From contig OZ316896.1 in the NCBI GenBank assembly GCA_973895155.1, positions 12,068,449 to 12,132,448 on the forward strand: a stretch of 64,000 nt of DNA, given 5' to 3'. The notes under the pieces were generated by a model, which did no database searches, was not told the DNA's origin, and worked only from the letters and a program-made list of their open reading frames with translations. Made by a program: the position numbers and the translations under genes. Positions 62,801-64,000 of the stretch are shown piece after piece (within the stretch, counting starts at the first letter, position 1; the number at the start of each line of letters is the position of its first letter). The DNA is from Marsupella aquatica. Its lineage: Eukaryota; Plantae; Marchantiophyta.

Positions 62801-64000
62801 CCACCAACTCTAATGCTCTCCAGTAGTTTCCCTTTCCAGGAAAACCGCGAGATGCTGCTGTGCGACAGCAACTCGTCGTTCGCTTGGACCCAGTGTCACC
62901 TCAGAATTAAGAATACCTCAAAAGGGAGATAATTTGTGTGTCTACATCCCGTTTACCTGGTCACAGATCTACGTGTGCCTCTGAAAAACCTTTTTGTTCT
63001 TACTTGATGGGAGCGCTCAATCATGGGCAGTACCTGATCAGGAAAACAGCTGAATTCTGTCGACATGTAGCATTGCATGTCGAACTTTTTGTAGAAACAG
63101 GTAGGATCCCCGGTAGAACCTGTTTGACATGCTGGTAAGATCTTAACTTTCGACGATGTAATGAACTTGGTCTTGGATTTTATCTGCGGTGCGTCTTTGG
63201 TGGGGGCATGCAGGTTTATTTGAGAAATGTTAAGCAAGAAAAAGCTCAACTTCAGAACTGAAAGATTATTCCTGTGAAAATGACTTTGGAGCTAGATGCA
63301 TGACTTCCAGACTTTTATGAAGTGGAGAACTTCTCGACTAAGCTCTGACTGGTTTTACTGCTCCAACGAGCTTTGTACTTCATTAACCTCGGAATACGGC
63401 ACTCTTTCGCAGGAGTCATAGTTTACTCGGGCACAAATTGCATAATTATGCTGCATGCCATGATGATTTTGATATCAGGATAAAAAGCCTTCTTGACAGA
63501 ATCTGCTTGCTGGATAATTGTTACAACCTGCTGATTATTATCTTCCACCATCTGGTAAGCCTAAGTACCCATGAAGACTTATAAGATGTGTGTCCACAAA
63601 AAAAACTGATGGGAGGCGCAGCAGCCCTGTTGACGACTGCTGCTAACTTTATAATTAAGCATGTGATGGAGAAGCTTACACCTGTGTATAACTGTGTACC
63701 ATAATTGTTAAATCCTCCGAGGACAGGTATGGATGGTACAGGCTGGACGTCCCTCGCTTACCCGGTTTGATGTGACGGGCAACTTGCCGAGTTGCCGGGC
63801 ACGTAAACTCGGCATTTGCCGGCCTAAAATGCTCTCATTTGACGCATATTCGTCATTATTCCCCGCTCAGCCCGAACTTCTCCCTACCCAGCCCGAACTC
63901 CTCCCGGCCTCTTCCCGGACCCGGCCCGCCCCCCCCCCTACCTCTCGTCACCCGCCCCGGCCCCGGCTTTACATCCCGGCCGGCCCGGGTGGAGGAAGGC

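Noticed and set aside
63735-64000. GC-rich segment at the window end as a gene start
   Set aside because: No ORF. It resembles a repeat/TE end but is cut off by the window, so it cannot be classified.

Overview
Eukaryotic nuclear DNA from a land plant. A bryophyte-like, non-seed plant is my inference from the repeat content, not a certainty. Main contents: (1) an intact AIR9 microtubule-associated protein gene on + with 37 coding exons (14242-27874, ~1957 aa; Ser/Thr/Lys-rich N-terminus, LRRs, A9/Ig-like repeats). (2) Two intronless BAHD acyltransferase paralogs on -: one intact (45313-46845), the other (34516-36003) with a premature TAG, a conserved frame beyond it, and an apparent internal deletion. 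(3) Two heavily decayed paralogous segments (~40.7-43.7 kb and ~57.7-60.0 kb) that carry frameshifted multi-repeat MYB motifs, so the right half looks like an old tandem duplication of a BAHD + MYB unit. The remainder is intergenic: L1-like LINE relics, CRE-like (RLE) retrotransposon 3' ends, several MITEs, many short tandem duplications and some strong hairpins. I found no rRNA, tRNA or CRISPR array. All alignments were done by eye.
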